A stretch of DNA of 64,000 nt from the NCBI GenBank assembly GCA_965644265.1, contig OZ286464.1, forward strand, positions 29,884,001-29,948,000, read 5' to 3'. The position numbers and the translations under genes are program-made. The notes beneath the pieces were generated by a model. It was not told the origin of the DNA, did not search any database, and saw only the letters and a program-made list of their open reading frames with translations. Positions 12,561 through 26,600 of this stretch are shown here, piece by piece. The stretch is from Glycera tridactyla (taxonomy: Eukaryota). Every line of letters begins with the position of its first letter. Within the stretch, counting starts at the first letter, position 1.

Positions 12561-15149
12561 TTCATATTGGTACATAGGTATAAGAACGGGAGCGAATGTT
12601 TAGGGCTCATAAGCAGCGAATACGGAAGCTCGGGTACTGAACTCAAAGGACATATTTAGTACGTGGAATGTGCAAAGAAGTGAAGTGTGATCTGGTAGTA
12701 ATCATGGTCAAATTTTATATCCTGGGCATATGTGAAGAAGTTGTCATTTGATGATACGATCGACACGCCCGATGGCAAGCCGTAGCATCCAGGTCGAAAA
12801 ATGATTCTCCCATCAAGAGAATCGCAAATTGTCAACTGATGACAGGTTGATATGCTTATTGTGGGTGAATATGTGGAGAAACTATCGGCATCATTCATGT
12901 CGGCTGAGGCCCAAGGATCCAGGGACGGGAATGCTCTCATCAATCGATCACCCTGGCCTGTTCAGTCAATATAAGGACATGCAATAGTCGGTTGATCATT
13001 GACCTTGTTGATATTGCAATCAAATGTCTCTGAATGTGTTCGCGACAAGATGTGCACTCGCGGAAGCTGGGCTTATTTGTATATTCGGGACATGAACATG
13101 TTGATGGTTGGATTTCCTCAGGAGCATTACCTCCTATCTTCATTACTACCACCATCAATTCGACGGTGCCACCACAATAACCACTATAACACAACGATAA
13201 GCATCACCACCACTACCATCAGATGACATCCTATGTAACGCGGGTCCCTCTCACGTTGTGTTCAGGCTTCGTGCAGTCCCAGCTGAAGTCGGTCAAGTTC
13301 AATCGTGGCTGGTACTTCTTTAGCCACAACATCGTTAATTTGCATCAGATTGAAACAGAACACGCTGGCAGACATTGGTAACATCTCCGGCGACTAGAAA
13401 TGTAGTCTCGTCGTGGTTCCCTTGTATATATCACCATAGAACGCCAAAAATGTTGATTTCACGCTGGTTTCGCGGCAAGTGCGGCGGCTGTATCTGTACT
13501 GTCTCACATACAAATACTCACCAATGATGCCTTTAGATTCACCGATAAAATGCAATGAATGATGATGTAATCCTCTTCAATAGAATGTAGATTGACTGAA
13601 ACCATGTTCGATGATCGCCGGAAGACCTATAGAATACATTAGTGCCCTCAAATCTCAGATCAGGCGAAAACTGGCGAATTTAATCGTGGGAAACGTACCC
13701 GCCACAATTGGATTTGACAGAGTTTACCTCCCATGCATTCTAAACGGGAGACAGATGCAGCCAACACCCCCGTCTTGAGAAAACACCTTTCCTAATGGCG
13801 GTTCTTGTGAGGGTGAATCTTAGTGTAACCCCTGTTTCTTCTCCTTCGATTACGTCATAGCGTAGTCGTTGGGACCCTCGATTCCAGGCCTAGCCGAGCT
13901 TGGAATTGAGAGATCCTTCCTCTTTCTAGCCCGGAGGCTCTGCTTTGAGGCATCACGGATGGCGAGAGTATTGGACTCTTCTGAGGCTCTTCCATCTTTT
14001 AAGATGGCAGGAATGACTAATACTTCAGTTAGTAAACGGTACCTGAGAGCCCTTTTCCCAATCAAATAGGTTTTCATCACTACCATCACCGCTGATGCCG
14101 CCACCGTCAACATCGCCACCATCAATCCATAATGGGAGATGGTGTTTGGACGTCGTGGGGATGGTGATCACACAAGAACCGGTACGACACCAACAACAAC
14201 AACAGCGCTATCACCACCACTATTACCGCTACATGACCACGGCTGGCCGATGTCTCAAATGAATCAGGTGTTTTCGCACGTTTCGCGCAGCTCAATCGCA
14301 ATGTCTCGATATAGCCAGGTTGGTACCCAGGTATCAGTGAGCATCGCCATCCAACCAATCCCAATCACGTGATCATGATATATATATAGTGTCGAGGTCA
14401 GTCAGGAATACGGGAGAAGAGTCCTGGCCATGACCACATTTACCACAAACACAATCAACATCATCACCAGCATTTTTCACAAGGAAAAAAACTCTACCAT
14501 GTGACAATTATGTGATGAGGAACAGATAAACTCTTGCAGAAAGACTACCAAGGCCACACACCGCCTTCACCATAATCACCATCTTGGTATAGAGACGGCT
14601 TTGATAGACAGTGGATTTACTCGGGCTCATGGGTGGTGCGTGACAGCTGAGTGACTTGTCTTGTTAGCTCTGTATCTCCGCTAGAAGTCTGCTCTCTGCA
14701 CATCATACGGGATTGGGATTCATTAAATCGCCACATCTCCGGTAGTGGAACTCCCCACCGCAGTTGTCGGTAGGAGATGTTTTCTCCTTGAGATCTTGAT
14801 CTGAGATGCAGCAAGTGAATCGGCCTAATGTAATTTCATTCGTCTTATGAAACTTCGGTGAGATACATGATCTGTCTGAGATCCATCTTTGATAGTTTCA
14901 AACTATTTCATATACCTGATACTGTAATGAAAAACTCGATCGCTACCATTTTAGTCGTTACAATGTTGATGATGATGATGTTCATCGTAANNNNNNNNNN
15001 NNNNNNNNNNNNNNNNNNNNNNNNNNNNNNNNNNNNNNNNNNNNNNNNNNNNNNNNNNNNNNNNNNNNNNNNNNNNNNNNNNNNNNNNNNNNNNNNNNNN
15101 NNNNNNNNNNNNNNNNNNNNNNNNNNNNNNNNNNNNNNNNNNNNNNNNN

Positions 15150-16450
15150 GTGATTCACTGAGCCCCTTACTATTTGCATGCTATATTGATGACCTGGTTT
15201 GGAAAATACAAGAATGTGATGGTGGAGCGTATATAGGGGGAGACCAGCTATCAATCCTGTTGTACGCGGATGACATTGTTTTAATCGCTAGTTCATTAGA
15301 TGGTGCCCAAAGACAGTTGAATGCTTTAAGCACTTGTTGTCGAAAATGGCGCATGTCCATCAATGTAGCAAAGAGTCAAGTACTTCACATACGAAATCAT
15401 AAGCGGCCTCGTTCTGAAATACCCCTGATATGCTGTGGTCAATCATTGAGTTACGTACCTAAGTACAAGTATTTAGGTATTCATATGAACGAGTTGTTAT
15501 CATTTCAACCCGCAGCTGAAGCACTGACGGCAGCTGCGTCCAGGTCTTTTGGACGAGTGGTTTCAATGTTCAAACAATTGAAGAACATGGGTTGTAAAAC
15601 ATATGAGTCATTGTATGACTCATATGTGGTGCCCATATTGAATTATGGGTCCTGTATTTGGGGCTATAGAGAGTATCATGAACCAAAGGTACTGCAAAAC
15701 TGGATTATCCATTTCTATCTGGGAGTGCATCGCTACACAGCGGTGTCTGCCTCCCAGATAGAAATGGATTGGATGGATATAAGATACAGGAGATGGATAG
15801 AGATGGTGAGATTTTATAATCGTGTATAAAAGATGAAGGAGTCAAGATGGCCCAAGGTGATATTGAGATGGGAGAGATCGCTGAAGTTGAACACATGGGC
15901 GAAGGAAGTAGAAAATGTATTGACAATGGGCTCCTTACCGACTGATGCAGAATGTATTGTTGACTCAGATGTATTGTCCACCCACTTGAAGTGTATATGG
16001 AGAGAGAAAGTATGGGATGATGCATGTAATAAAAGAAAGCTATGTACATTTGTACAAATACATGATAAATCCGAACTTCAAACCATTGTGGCTCGTAACT
16101 TGTCTAGGATACATAGGAGTGATGTGATAAAGTTGAAGTGTGGCGTATTGCCTTCAGTGATAGAAACAGGAAGGTACAAGAACATCCCGATAGAGCAGCG
16201 ATTGTGTCAAATCCGCAATGGAAACCAAGTAGAGGATGAAAGACACTTCCTGTTAGAATGTCCCAGCCTGTCACATGAACGCAGAGATTTGTATGATGAG
16301 CTAGCCAAAATCAACGTGTACGTTGAATCCACGGAAGTGACCTGTTTAAAGCAACTGATAACGAAGACTAGTGTGAGGGTAACAGCAAGGCATCGAATCT
16401 CCATGTTAAAAAAACGTAGAGATCTTATGCATAGCAAGCTGACCGACTAG
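15150..16450 (+). mobile_element. Non-LTR retrotransposon ORF2 3' half (RT plus C-terminal Cys/His domain), RTEX/Proto2-like; one in-frame stop; 5' part lost in the gap
   Basis: DSLSPLLFACYIDDL, LLYADDIVLI, KWRMSINVAKS, KYKYLGI, then TAA at 15827-15829 and the same frame continuing KLKCGVLPSVIETGRY..RLCQI..VEDERHFLLECP to the stop at 16450. Confidence 0.92.
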
Positions 16451-17088
16451 AAATTGTTGTAAATAGTTGAAAATTGATCATAATCACTAGTGTTTCCTAC
16501 TTGAACTGACATATTTGTTTGATGAATTTATGTAATATTTTGACATGGAAAATGAAATATCCGAAAAACGAGAACTAATCCTGTAAATATGTATATATAC
16601 ATATATATATATTGACGTGGAAAGAAATCCAAGTATTGCCAATAACTGTTTTCATTTGTGTTGTCCCTATTGTCATTTATTGTCCTTATTGCCATTCATT
16701 AACCATATTATCATTATTTCTGTCGCATATGAAAAGGATTAATTAATCATGTTTGAAAACCAAATTCTTGCTTCACAAAACGCCAATTGCAACTAATTGT
16801 GACTAATAGCCTCTATACAGGGACGAAGATTATCATACATGTATGCAGATGATGCCAGGAATTTGAAATTGAGAAATGATGTATATATGTTGATCTTTGT
16901 CACAGAAATAAAANNNNNNNNNNNNNNNNNNNNNNNNNNNNNNNNNNNNNNNNNNNNNNNNNNNNNNNNNNNNNNNNNNNNNNNNNNNNNNNNNNNNNNN
17001 NNNNNNNNNNNNNNNNNNNNNNNNNNNNNNNNNNNNNNNNNNNNNNNNNNNNNNNNNNNNNNNNNNNNNNNNNNNNNNNNNNNNNNNN

Positions 17089-17267
17089 GACTACCACTGC
17101 TACTTCCACTACTGCTGCTGTACCACCACCACCACCACCACCACCACCACCACCACCATCACCACCACCACCACCACCACCACCACCACCACCACCACCA
17201 GTACCACCACCACCACCACCACTTCTGCTACTAGTGCTGCTGCTACCACCACCACCATCACTACTAT

Positions 17268-17309
<42 letters not shown>

Positions 17310-17360
17310 AATCACTACTGCTACTTCTTCTGATGCTACTACCACCACTGCTGTTATGAC
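17089..17360. repeat. (CAC)n/(TAC)n compound microsatellite
   Basis: Long CAC and TAC tracts next to the gap. Confidence 0.95.
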
Positions 17361-18039
17361 GACGAACACCGAATCATTACTAGCACTACTAGTGCAACAA
17401 TCAATATGAGTTGAGGTGCAATTTTACAACAAAGGATCACCATTCATGACCAGTGTAATAGACAAGCAGTGCGATAGACAAACATACTTGGGCAGATCAC
17501 GTTTGTATGAAATGTAGACCTACAATGGAAAATAATGGGGTGAAGTGAGAATACCCATTGTCAATTCTCGCTGAATATTCTCGTTTCATGCAAAATAAAA
17601 TGGCCATTGTGTGAGTCAGTCCGTGATAGCCCACGTGCAATAACCATGCATGTTCATTTTGTGCGAAGTGTAGACCCATGTCGCCGTCATATGGTGCGGG
17701 TGTGAAATTACGAGGCTGGCTGCCGGTGGTATTATTCGTCTGGATATCAGTGTTTCTCATCAGGGGATCCATTAGCACTACGTGTCTGTTCTACCCCGCA
17801 CTCTTTGTTGAGTGCGCTCTAACACACAGAAAAAATCCTCTTCGGCGCTATCCACATTCAAGCGAAGCGAACTTGAAACAAATATGAGCAGTCACTTATA
17901 TACAGTGCGGTGAATCTATCATCACTTCATTTGATTCTTTCATGGAATATGCCGTTCATTTCTGACGGGGGGGGGGGGGGGGTGTATCCTCGATGAATGA
18001 GCCATGGATTGCTTCTCACTCAAAGAGTGAGACTCATAT

Positions 18040-19510
18040 GTTTGCAGTGGAGATACCTTTCTAACGTTATACACTTTTCTAAAGCGTTCGACTTTGTAAC
18101 CCATGAGTTTCTTTTTAATTAATCGCTTAGGAAAAATGTACACGACCCTGTTTTGAACGCTGTAAGGAAGTTCTATGAACAACCGCTCATTTGTGTGCAG
18201 TTGGACGGATGGCTGACAGGCTAGTGCCCTAGTACATTCGGGGTCAGGCAAGGTGACTCACTAAGCCCGTTACTATTCGCCACATGTATTAATGATCTTG
18301 TGCCAATTATGAACAGTCTGGATGCTGGGGTCTTAGTTGGAGGCATGCATGTCTCTCTTTTGCTGTACACGGACGACATTGTCCTCATTTCCAGCTCAGC
18401 TAAAAAAGCACAATTACAACTAGATGCGATCTCAGCCTAGTGCAAAAAATGGAAAATGTCTATCACTAGTAAAAAAAGTCAGATTTCGCATGTGAGGAAT
18501 CCTCAAAGCAACCTCGATATATTGCTGTAACCAAGAGCTAGATTATGTTAAAGTATATAAATATCTGGGGAATACCTTCAAGAACATTGTAATTATAAAT
18601 ATGCAATAGAAATCCTCACTACGGAAGCAACACGTTCTTTCGGAAGGGTGGTCTCCCTATTCAAAAATATGAAATATGTGGGGCAAAATAGTTCTCACAC
18701 GCTATATAACATGTATATTGTGCCCATTATGAACCACGGAGGAGGGGTTTGGGGATACAAAAATACCAAGAACCCAAAGTTTTACAAAATAGAGTCCAAA
18801 GATATCACCTTGGAGTTCACAGATTCACCCCGATGTGTGCCACACAAATTGAAATGGATCGGTCAAGTATCAGAGATGGATTGAGATGGTTCGCTTACAC
18901 AACATTATCGTAAAAATGGATAGCAAGTGATGTTGTACAAATGGGAGAAATGGCTGTCAAAAAACAACTGGGCATCTGAGGTCAAAAATATATTGATATG
19001 TACAAAAAGAATGATGACATATGGACCCCATTTGACTTGGATGTGTTGGAAGCAATAATAATGAAATCACAATGGACCGATTTGTGGAAAGAAGCCCTAT
19101 CAAAACTGAAACTGAGAACATTTGTCAAAATTCCTGATCATGATCAATCCAGAGTTAAAGTTTCACAAAATCTCGATAGATTGAAGAGAAGCAATATCAT
19201 CAAATTCAAATGTGGGGTTCTGCCACTACAAATCGAGATAGGGGGATTCCAGAGTATACCCGTGGAAGAACGCACATGTCAGATCTGTCTATCAGGATAT
19301 ATCAAGGATGAAGAATATTTCCCTCTCAAATGCCGTGCCCTGTCAGAAGAAAGAGCAAAATTCTTGACTGATGTACTACTAGTTGATAACAATATAAATT
19401 TCTCTACTATGGAATGTATGAAGATATTAGTCGGTGAAAAACTGGTCCATATAGTAGCAAGGCACATCTCCTACATGCTAGAGAAGAGAAAGAAACTTAT
19501 GTTTAATTGA
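18040..19510 (+). mobile_element. Second, more decayed RTEX/Proto2-like retrotransposon copy
   Basis: KAFDFVTHE (about 18082), GVRQGDSLSPLLFATCINDL (about 18240), LLYTDDIVLI, YKYLG, and KFKCGVLPLQIEIGGF..RTCQICLSGYIKDEEYFPLKC; multiple stops and frameshifts. Confidence 0.9.
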
Positions 19511-20139
19511 CTGTATATTATGCTTCATGATAATCCAATACAGTTATTGTTATTTCCAATGTTTTATAGAATGAATGGCCATCTGTAACACATAGACCGC
19601 AACTAGCTCACCCAGCCTCAAGGAGGGTGAAGCCGATATTGAAAAGAACACAACACGTCAGAATTGTCGCCTATGTTGGTTGAATTCAGCTAATCTTAGC
19701 AGTAACTGCTTACTAGATTTATCATAATATAGATAGAAGAGATCGCAATGTATTCTCAGGTTAGTAAATGGCTCGTAGCTCGTAGTAGCTACTAGTGACT
19801 AATAGTGGGGGTGGGCATGTATGTACATATCAGTGGAAATGATCCCGATATCGTATTTGAATTCATATCGATTATATAATGCTAGTCACGTGAATGAAGT
19901 AACTGNNNNNNNNNNNNNNNNNNNNNNNNNNNNNNNNNNNNNNNNNNNNNNNNNNNNNNNNNNNNNNNNNNNNNNNNNNNNNNNNNNNNNNNNNNNNNNN
20001 NNNNNNNNNNNNNNNNNNNNNNNNNNNNNNNNNNNNNNNNNNNNNNNNNNNNNNNNNNNNNNNNNNNNNNNNNNNNNNNNNNNNNNNNNNNNNNNNNNNN
20101 NNNNNNNNNNNNNNNNNNNNNNNNNNNNNNNNNNGATAG

Positions 20140-20160
20140 TGGTGGCGGTGGCGGTGGTCG

Positions 20161-20248
<88 letters not shown>
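20140..20248. repeat. (GAT)n microsatellite
   Basis: About 29 perfect GAT units after the gap. Confidence 0.95.
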
Positions 20249-20249
<1 letters not shown>

Positions 20250-23169
20250 CACAGGTCTACTTGCTACATTAGATTACTTCTACTTCCTCCGAACTTGCGG
20301 AAGACTCTTCCATGATGACCCATAGGCGATAAGAGATGCATATACATTTCTTGGTCCATGTTGTTGTTATTCGCCGCTCGTGTGGGCAATTGCCATACAC
20401 GGGAAAATTGGTTTTCTTGGAAAGACCTCCTCATGCAATGATTGCCTGATACTTATTAACATTTCTTGCGACAACAGATAAATAACGCGTATCCCAAAAA
20501 GTTATCACATACCTGTGTACATAATGCCATATGCACTGATTGCACAACTCAACACAACTGAACACTGTACGTAACATCTTCCATCTTATCCTTTTTTACT
20601 ATTTCATTTCGATCATTATCATTGCTCATACTTCTATCGATGTACCCTTATTATAGAGGTTAAGATCATGTATGTTTTCACACCATAACTCTATTCATAA
20701 TGTGAAAAATCGGGAGAAGAATTCATAGTTTATGTAGTTCCACCTCCACGGCGCACATCACAGTGGCAATGAGTGGTTTCACATTCTCACATGATCTATC
20801 TCAGAATGTCAATCAGTAGAATCATGCATTAGAGTTGCCTCACACAATACATAATGCAACAGCGGGATGGCGACAGGGATGATATTCCTATGTAATTTTG
20901 TTTACACCGTGAACAGGTGACTGTGACCGATTATTAATTGGAGTACAAAGTCGTATTTGACACAAACACGTATTAATATCGATATCATGGATGCTGGTTT
21001 CACTGAATGAGAAAGTATACATTGACAGCCGGAGTGAGCTTTGTTGGCAACTAGTGGAAATAATTCGTCTTCAATCGCTAGATAAATGATAGGAAATTTC
21101 AATTACAATTCATGGCAAAGTGATGAGCATAGCGTTTCATACAGGTAGAATTTTTGTATTAAAGCACAATGCTGAAAATGTATAAGCATGGTAATTATTT
21201 CACAGTGGATCAGAAGATTCGTTTATCGAGTCTTCACCAGTCAAGGCTAAAGCATATGAGGTGTGCAAACTTTGTGCAATTCACCAGTCACATTTGATGA
21301 CATGGATGATTTACGAATCATATTCACTGTCAAACACCACTAAAACACACCTCGATTTCAAAGAGATTATCATGGTGGATGCAGGAACTAGATGGGGGAG
21401 TCACCTCACCTCAAACACCACATTGTGTCGATACACTGAAATACACTTGTGGAATCTTTTCAGAACTGATTTCGGTCTCCCTTTAAAATCCGAATGTTCG
21501 GATTGCTCTGGATCAACATGGGTTTCTGGGTGGTCAACTGCATTTACGCTGCTCTAATTATACCCGGACCCTTAGTGAGGCGTACCCTGGTCCAGATATG
21601 TGTTACACCACGCGAACCTCAGCATATTATTCAATGACGTAGCTAATTGTACCAAAAGGTGCCTCATATCAAGAGTTATGATTTCGCCTGATATGGTCTT
21701 TTTACTCCGAAACAACCTAATTTTGTAGTTGAAGAATGTGGAAGATGGAAGGAGTTGTGGTCACATACCCGTCACACTGTCGCTGAGCGATGAAATCTCA
21801 AATAATTATGTGTGCTGTGTGCTGTGTCACAGACAGAGGACATCGGAAAGGCTGTATATGCAATCACCACCCATATTCGGTGATATTTTTGGTGTAGTAT
21901 GTTGGTCTCGCATCTGTCGAGGGCCTGGGGCTGTCTGACACGGGAATTTACGTCCACATTCTCAACCTGCAAAGGCCTGTTGTCCCCGATATAGCCTGTG
22001 ACCTAAGGCCGTGAATGTGCTTCATACACTTCACTGAAATGCCGTGCATCACTTCCTCAACCGAGCAACAATGAAGATGCCAGGTGGGCAGGTCCTCCTC
22101 TTGATTCGTCATTCGTTGATGATAAAGATGACTTGTTGAGTTGAATCGATCATACGGATTGTTATGATCAATCACCATATATCGAAATCTACAAGATTAT
22201 CATTGTATAGATAGGAGCAGGAAGTGGAAATCAGCTCACTGCAAGCGCCATCTTGTGTCAATCAATGGAAATAAACTCGTGGAACTTTTTGTTACCTAAT
22301 TCCGTTAAACTGTATACAACGTTTTCCACCAGTTCTCGTATGCAACCTCTCATCCTCGCCCAGCGTCTGTCTCATAAGGATGAGTGATACTTGATGTCTG
22401 TTCAGCCTAGCAGGATATATGTGGTTTTTGTTCTCCTGTTCTCTTTTGAGATATCACGGTGTGGTCCTTCCACGTTCACGCCACAAAGACACATAATAAA
22501 CATAATCTCATTCAGAAATCACGAACATTTCACGACAGAATTTGCAGTACCTGTAGTGTGAGTCCACTTACTTCCACTCTTGATCGTGCTAATAACCTTG
22601 CCAATGATCCTATGATCATAGGGAAACTAGAAGCTATGGGAAGAGTGACATCCTAGTAGAGGATATGCACACTTATTTTCTATACTTTTGAATCGAGAGT
22701 GAAACATTATTCGATGTGAATAGACTATAGCTGGCCTTGCCGACCCGATCAAGACATTCAATGCCTGACTAATGTCCACTTTCCTTGTCTAATCCTGTCT
22801 AATTAGAGGATATTGGTTCCTTAAGGGCTGCTTTATCACCACGGACCAGAATTATGTTTATTTGATGTCAGGCAATCATAATATGCAAGAGCTGAGAATG
22901 TTCACATTCATTTCTCGTGGAGTGAGTTCACTCTTCCTCGCCATACCCGGTTCAGCCCTTCATCACGATTCACACTGATGATAATTAGCGGTACTATATA
23001 TCATCAATGACTCTAGATAGTATATAGCAGACTCCATGAAACCGAGAAGGCTCCATTGACCCGTGTAGAGTCGTTTGTTGCAAGGACGTGTTCATATGGA
23101 AAGTGACCTGACAATCAGGAACGAAGACGACGGGTTAAATGCTGATATTGACGCACTGTGATTTTGCTA

Positions 23170-23680
23170 CAATACTGCTACTACTGCTGCTATCGATGAT
23201 GATGATGATGATGAGGATGATGATGATGATGATGTTGGTGAAAAAGATGAAGAAGAAGAAGTGGAAGAAGAAGGGGAAGGAGAAGGAGAAGGAGAAGGAG
23301 AAGAAGAAAACGAAAAAGAAGGAGACGGAATAAAAAGAAGCAGAAGCGGTAGAAAAAAGATGATGGTTTCATTTTTTTTCTCGATTTGGTGTTGTTGTTG
23401 TCGATAATGATGAAGAAGGAGGAGAAGGAGAAGGAGAAGTAGAAGAACGAGAAGAAGAAGACGAACAAGAAGAAGACATAAAGAAATAAAGAGAAGACAA
23501 GAAGAAATAAAAAGAAGAAGATAACGGTTTCATTTTTCTCGATTTGTTGTTGTTGTTGTTGTTGATGATGATGATGATTATGCTGATAATGATGACGATG
23601 ATGATCAATATGCTGACGACGATGTAGCGAACAAAAAACATCAGAGCACCGCCACTGATGGGTAACGATGACACTAGAAA
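23170..23680. repeat. Compound GAT/GAA/GTT microsatellite block with an internal duplicated module
   Basis: The module (GAA-rich)-GGTTTCATTTTT(TTT)CTCGATTT-(GTT)n-(GAT)n occurs at about 23364 and 23526. Confidence 0.85.
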
Positions 23681-26600
23681 GATGACACTAGGATGCTGAC
23701 ATTGATGATAGTATGGACGATGCTGCAGTTGCTGCTGCTGCAGTTGCTATGACACCACCATACCCAGCGTCGTTCAGAGTGGTATTGGTGTGCAGGCGGC
23801 ATTGTCCCGTTACAGCAAATGAATGTCCGGTTCGAGGAATATTGCTTGCATATTCTACTGACTTAGGCATATAAACCGATTTATTTGATGCATCATCAGT
23901 AAGGCCAAGGTTTGAGTCAGTTTTCATCAGCGTGGTTGCACAGCCTTCAATGATCTAATTGTATTCTCATTATGACTAAATTCTCAATCCCAACCGAGAA
24001 AGTTTGGTCTGCAAATGACATATGAGGTTTCATTTTTCTCGATCCCATGCCAAAGTGTCAGATGTGGTATGCCTAGTTTCGATGATCATCACGAGTACAG
24101 GACTTCGGGGCTGAGCATAACCAGATTTGACGTTGGTAAATACCTTAATCGGTCCTAAATCACAAGCTATGGATTTGAGGGAGAGCCAACCTCAGACTAT
24201 TTAACATTCTCACACTCGAAGCAAGTATTTCGAAGAAACAGGATTCAGTTCTGTCAATCATATAATGTAGGGCCTCAATATGCAATATCCATAACTTGCC
24301 ATTAGCTGATTGCTCATTACTAGTCCTGGCGGCCTTATTGGAAAGACAGTGTCTCGTCATTGCCTAAAGTTGATGAAAGCATCACTGGGTATTCACAGTA
24401 TTTAGCGATCATCATGCAAACGACTGTGTCATCCTGTTTCTAGTTCTCCCCCTTCTCGAATGAATGCCAGCTTGTCTAATTTGTATGATCTGTGTTGAGA
24501 TCTTGATTTCGAGCAGAGCAGAACTCGATGGACAACATCATGTTTCTGAAGTATATCCAGTAAACAGGTAATCAGGAAAATTGGATATGGTAACGATTGA
24601 CACGCGATGACTCACACCCACTCGCCTACGCAGGTCCACTCCACTCACATACATTCACAAACAAACACAACCACGCCAATACACACAGACATGCTTGATA
24701 TATATTGCTGTCAGGTTGAGTGTCAACGTCAAGCCACGTAATTCCATTTTCAAATATGCCATCAGGTGTTCATCAGTCACTTATTGCGCTTGTAGAGGTA
24801 TGTCTGCACCGCCGGCTACTTGCAGTTGAAAACTTTCCTGATCACCTATCATCTCATTTAGATGGGTTGTGAGAGTGGTGCCCGTAGTGGACAGAATTCG
24901 CGGATATCGTAATCAGGAACACACAGCATGTAGAGTCGTTTCGATGATACACACAGTTCGACACGTCTAGGTCATTATTTCTTTTCTGAAGAGAGGTTCA
25001 ATGATGAGACTAGATTGTGTAGTATCTGCGACGACCATCAATGTGCGATCATAGTCCATACACTCCTCGAGCTTTTGAAGAGAATTTCGCTTCGATTTCG
25101 TCGAATCAAAGGATTGGATATAATCGGCCATTCTTCGCACGAGAAACTAGAGGAATGCGGCTATCGTCTTCAGAATGAAAATCGCATGAAATTGATCTGG
25201 TACACTGGGTTAAAAATCGTATCCTCAAGCTTGATTTGGGTTTCAGCGAGGTATCGAGATGCTCATCGTGGATGCTTCGAGTCCCACTGATGTGAAGCTG
25301 GCTATTTGATGATTTGAGAATGGGTATGATTAACAATCGAAATCAGTCAATGCATTTCAATGACCCTAAATCCATTGACATTATTCCAGTTCACTATGTT
25401 CGAATAACTCATCACCAGAATGAGAAGAACGAAGGTGACTGCTTAAGCAGAAATGTTCCAAATAGCGGACTTACATCGAGTAGGTACCATTGATGTGGGA
25501 CATGAAGATCATCTTATATTTCTGAATGCTGCTGAATGAAACCTACCAAGACATCAGCACGGTACCCATTAGAAGTGAATTCAAATCTCGTGTCGATTGT
25601 GTTTGCCATCTAGAAATCCATGAGAACACATCCATGTCAGAGGTATATGGAACAATCAGAAGTTTTCAAATATGAATATGACTTAGCAACGGACATACTC
25701 AATGCATCATTCAGCTCACGGGGTTACCTCCTTCAGCTGCCACCGGAGTATTCCATAATTACCATTCGTTAATACGTACATTAGGTTCCAGCTTCATACC
25801 AGGAGGTGATGGGCCAATTAGTCTACGACCACCATCACAACTTGAGAACACAGCAAATTATTGATCTAGAAGAGACATATTCTGAATGGAAATTCTCAGA
25901 ATTAAAGGAATTTCATGCAATAAAATGTTCCCTCGCATGGTCTTGACTCTCTAGAATATGTACCATCAATGTCCATGCTTCAGGATGACTACCTGTCTCT
26001 TTATTGAATGACGACCGGAACGACAAAGATTATGATTCGAGTCAGGTTGTAGATCCTGCTATAATGCCTATTACTTTGACTGTTGTCAATTACGTATGCC
26101 TGTATTTCCAGGCTAAAATGGTGTGCATTGCTATTCACCTTGTGACATGATCCCAGAGGCACTTTTCCCATGAATAGATCACTCAAAAATCAACATTATT
26201 CATGTGACTTTTTTTGAGACATTGCAATGTGCAATGTGAATTCCGCGCCATCTTGCCATTTTCCCCGGAGGCATGTCGCTGCTGTGGTAAGGCTCGTTCC
26301 TCACGGCTGATGAGTGAAGCAGTTTCGCACAAGAAAAGTCCTAAATTGTTCTTTAGAGTGTCCTTCATATCCTGTGACATACCTTTTGATCAACACCAGA
26401 ATACAGCTCCAGTTGTAGTCAAGGAACATCGGTGATTTTCAATCACCAAAAATCAGCCTGTATTTTCACCCGAAGCTCCTTGAGCTCAAATCTCAACAAC
26501 ATCATCTTGTGTTCCCGATTGCGAGTTTCACACTCCAAAACAAATCACTAATTCTTCGATGATGCGAAAAGAGGAAGGCGCTTTTCAACTGGTCGATGCT

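Noticed and set aside
13225-13400. WLKKYQPRLNLTDFSWDCTKPEHNVRG resembling an LRR C-terminal cap
   Set aside because: The upstream CxC and LRR repeats are absent without invoking multiple indels.
17857-17877. TTCAAG-CGAAGCG-A-CTTGAA mini-hairpin
   Set aside because: It is short, lacks a CTAG terminus, and no element boundaries could be defined.
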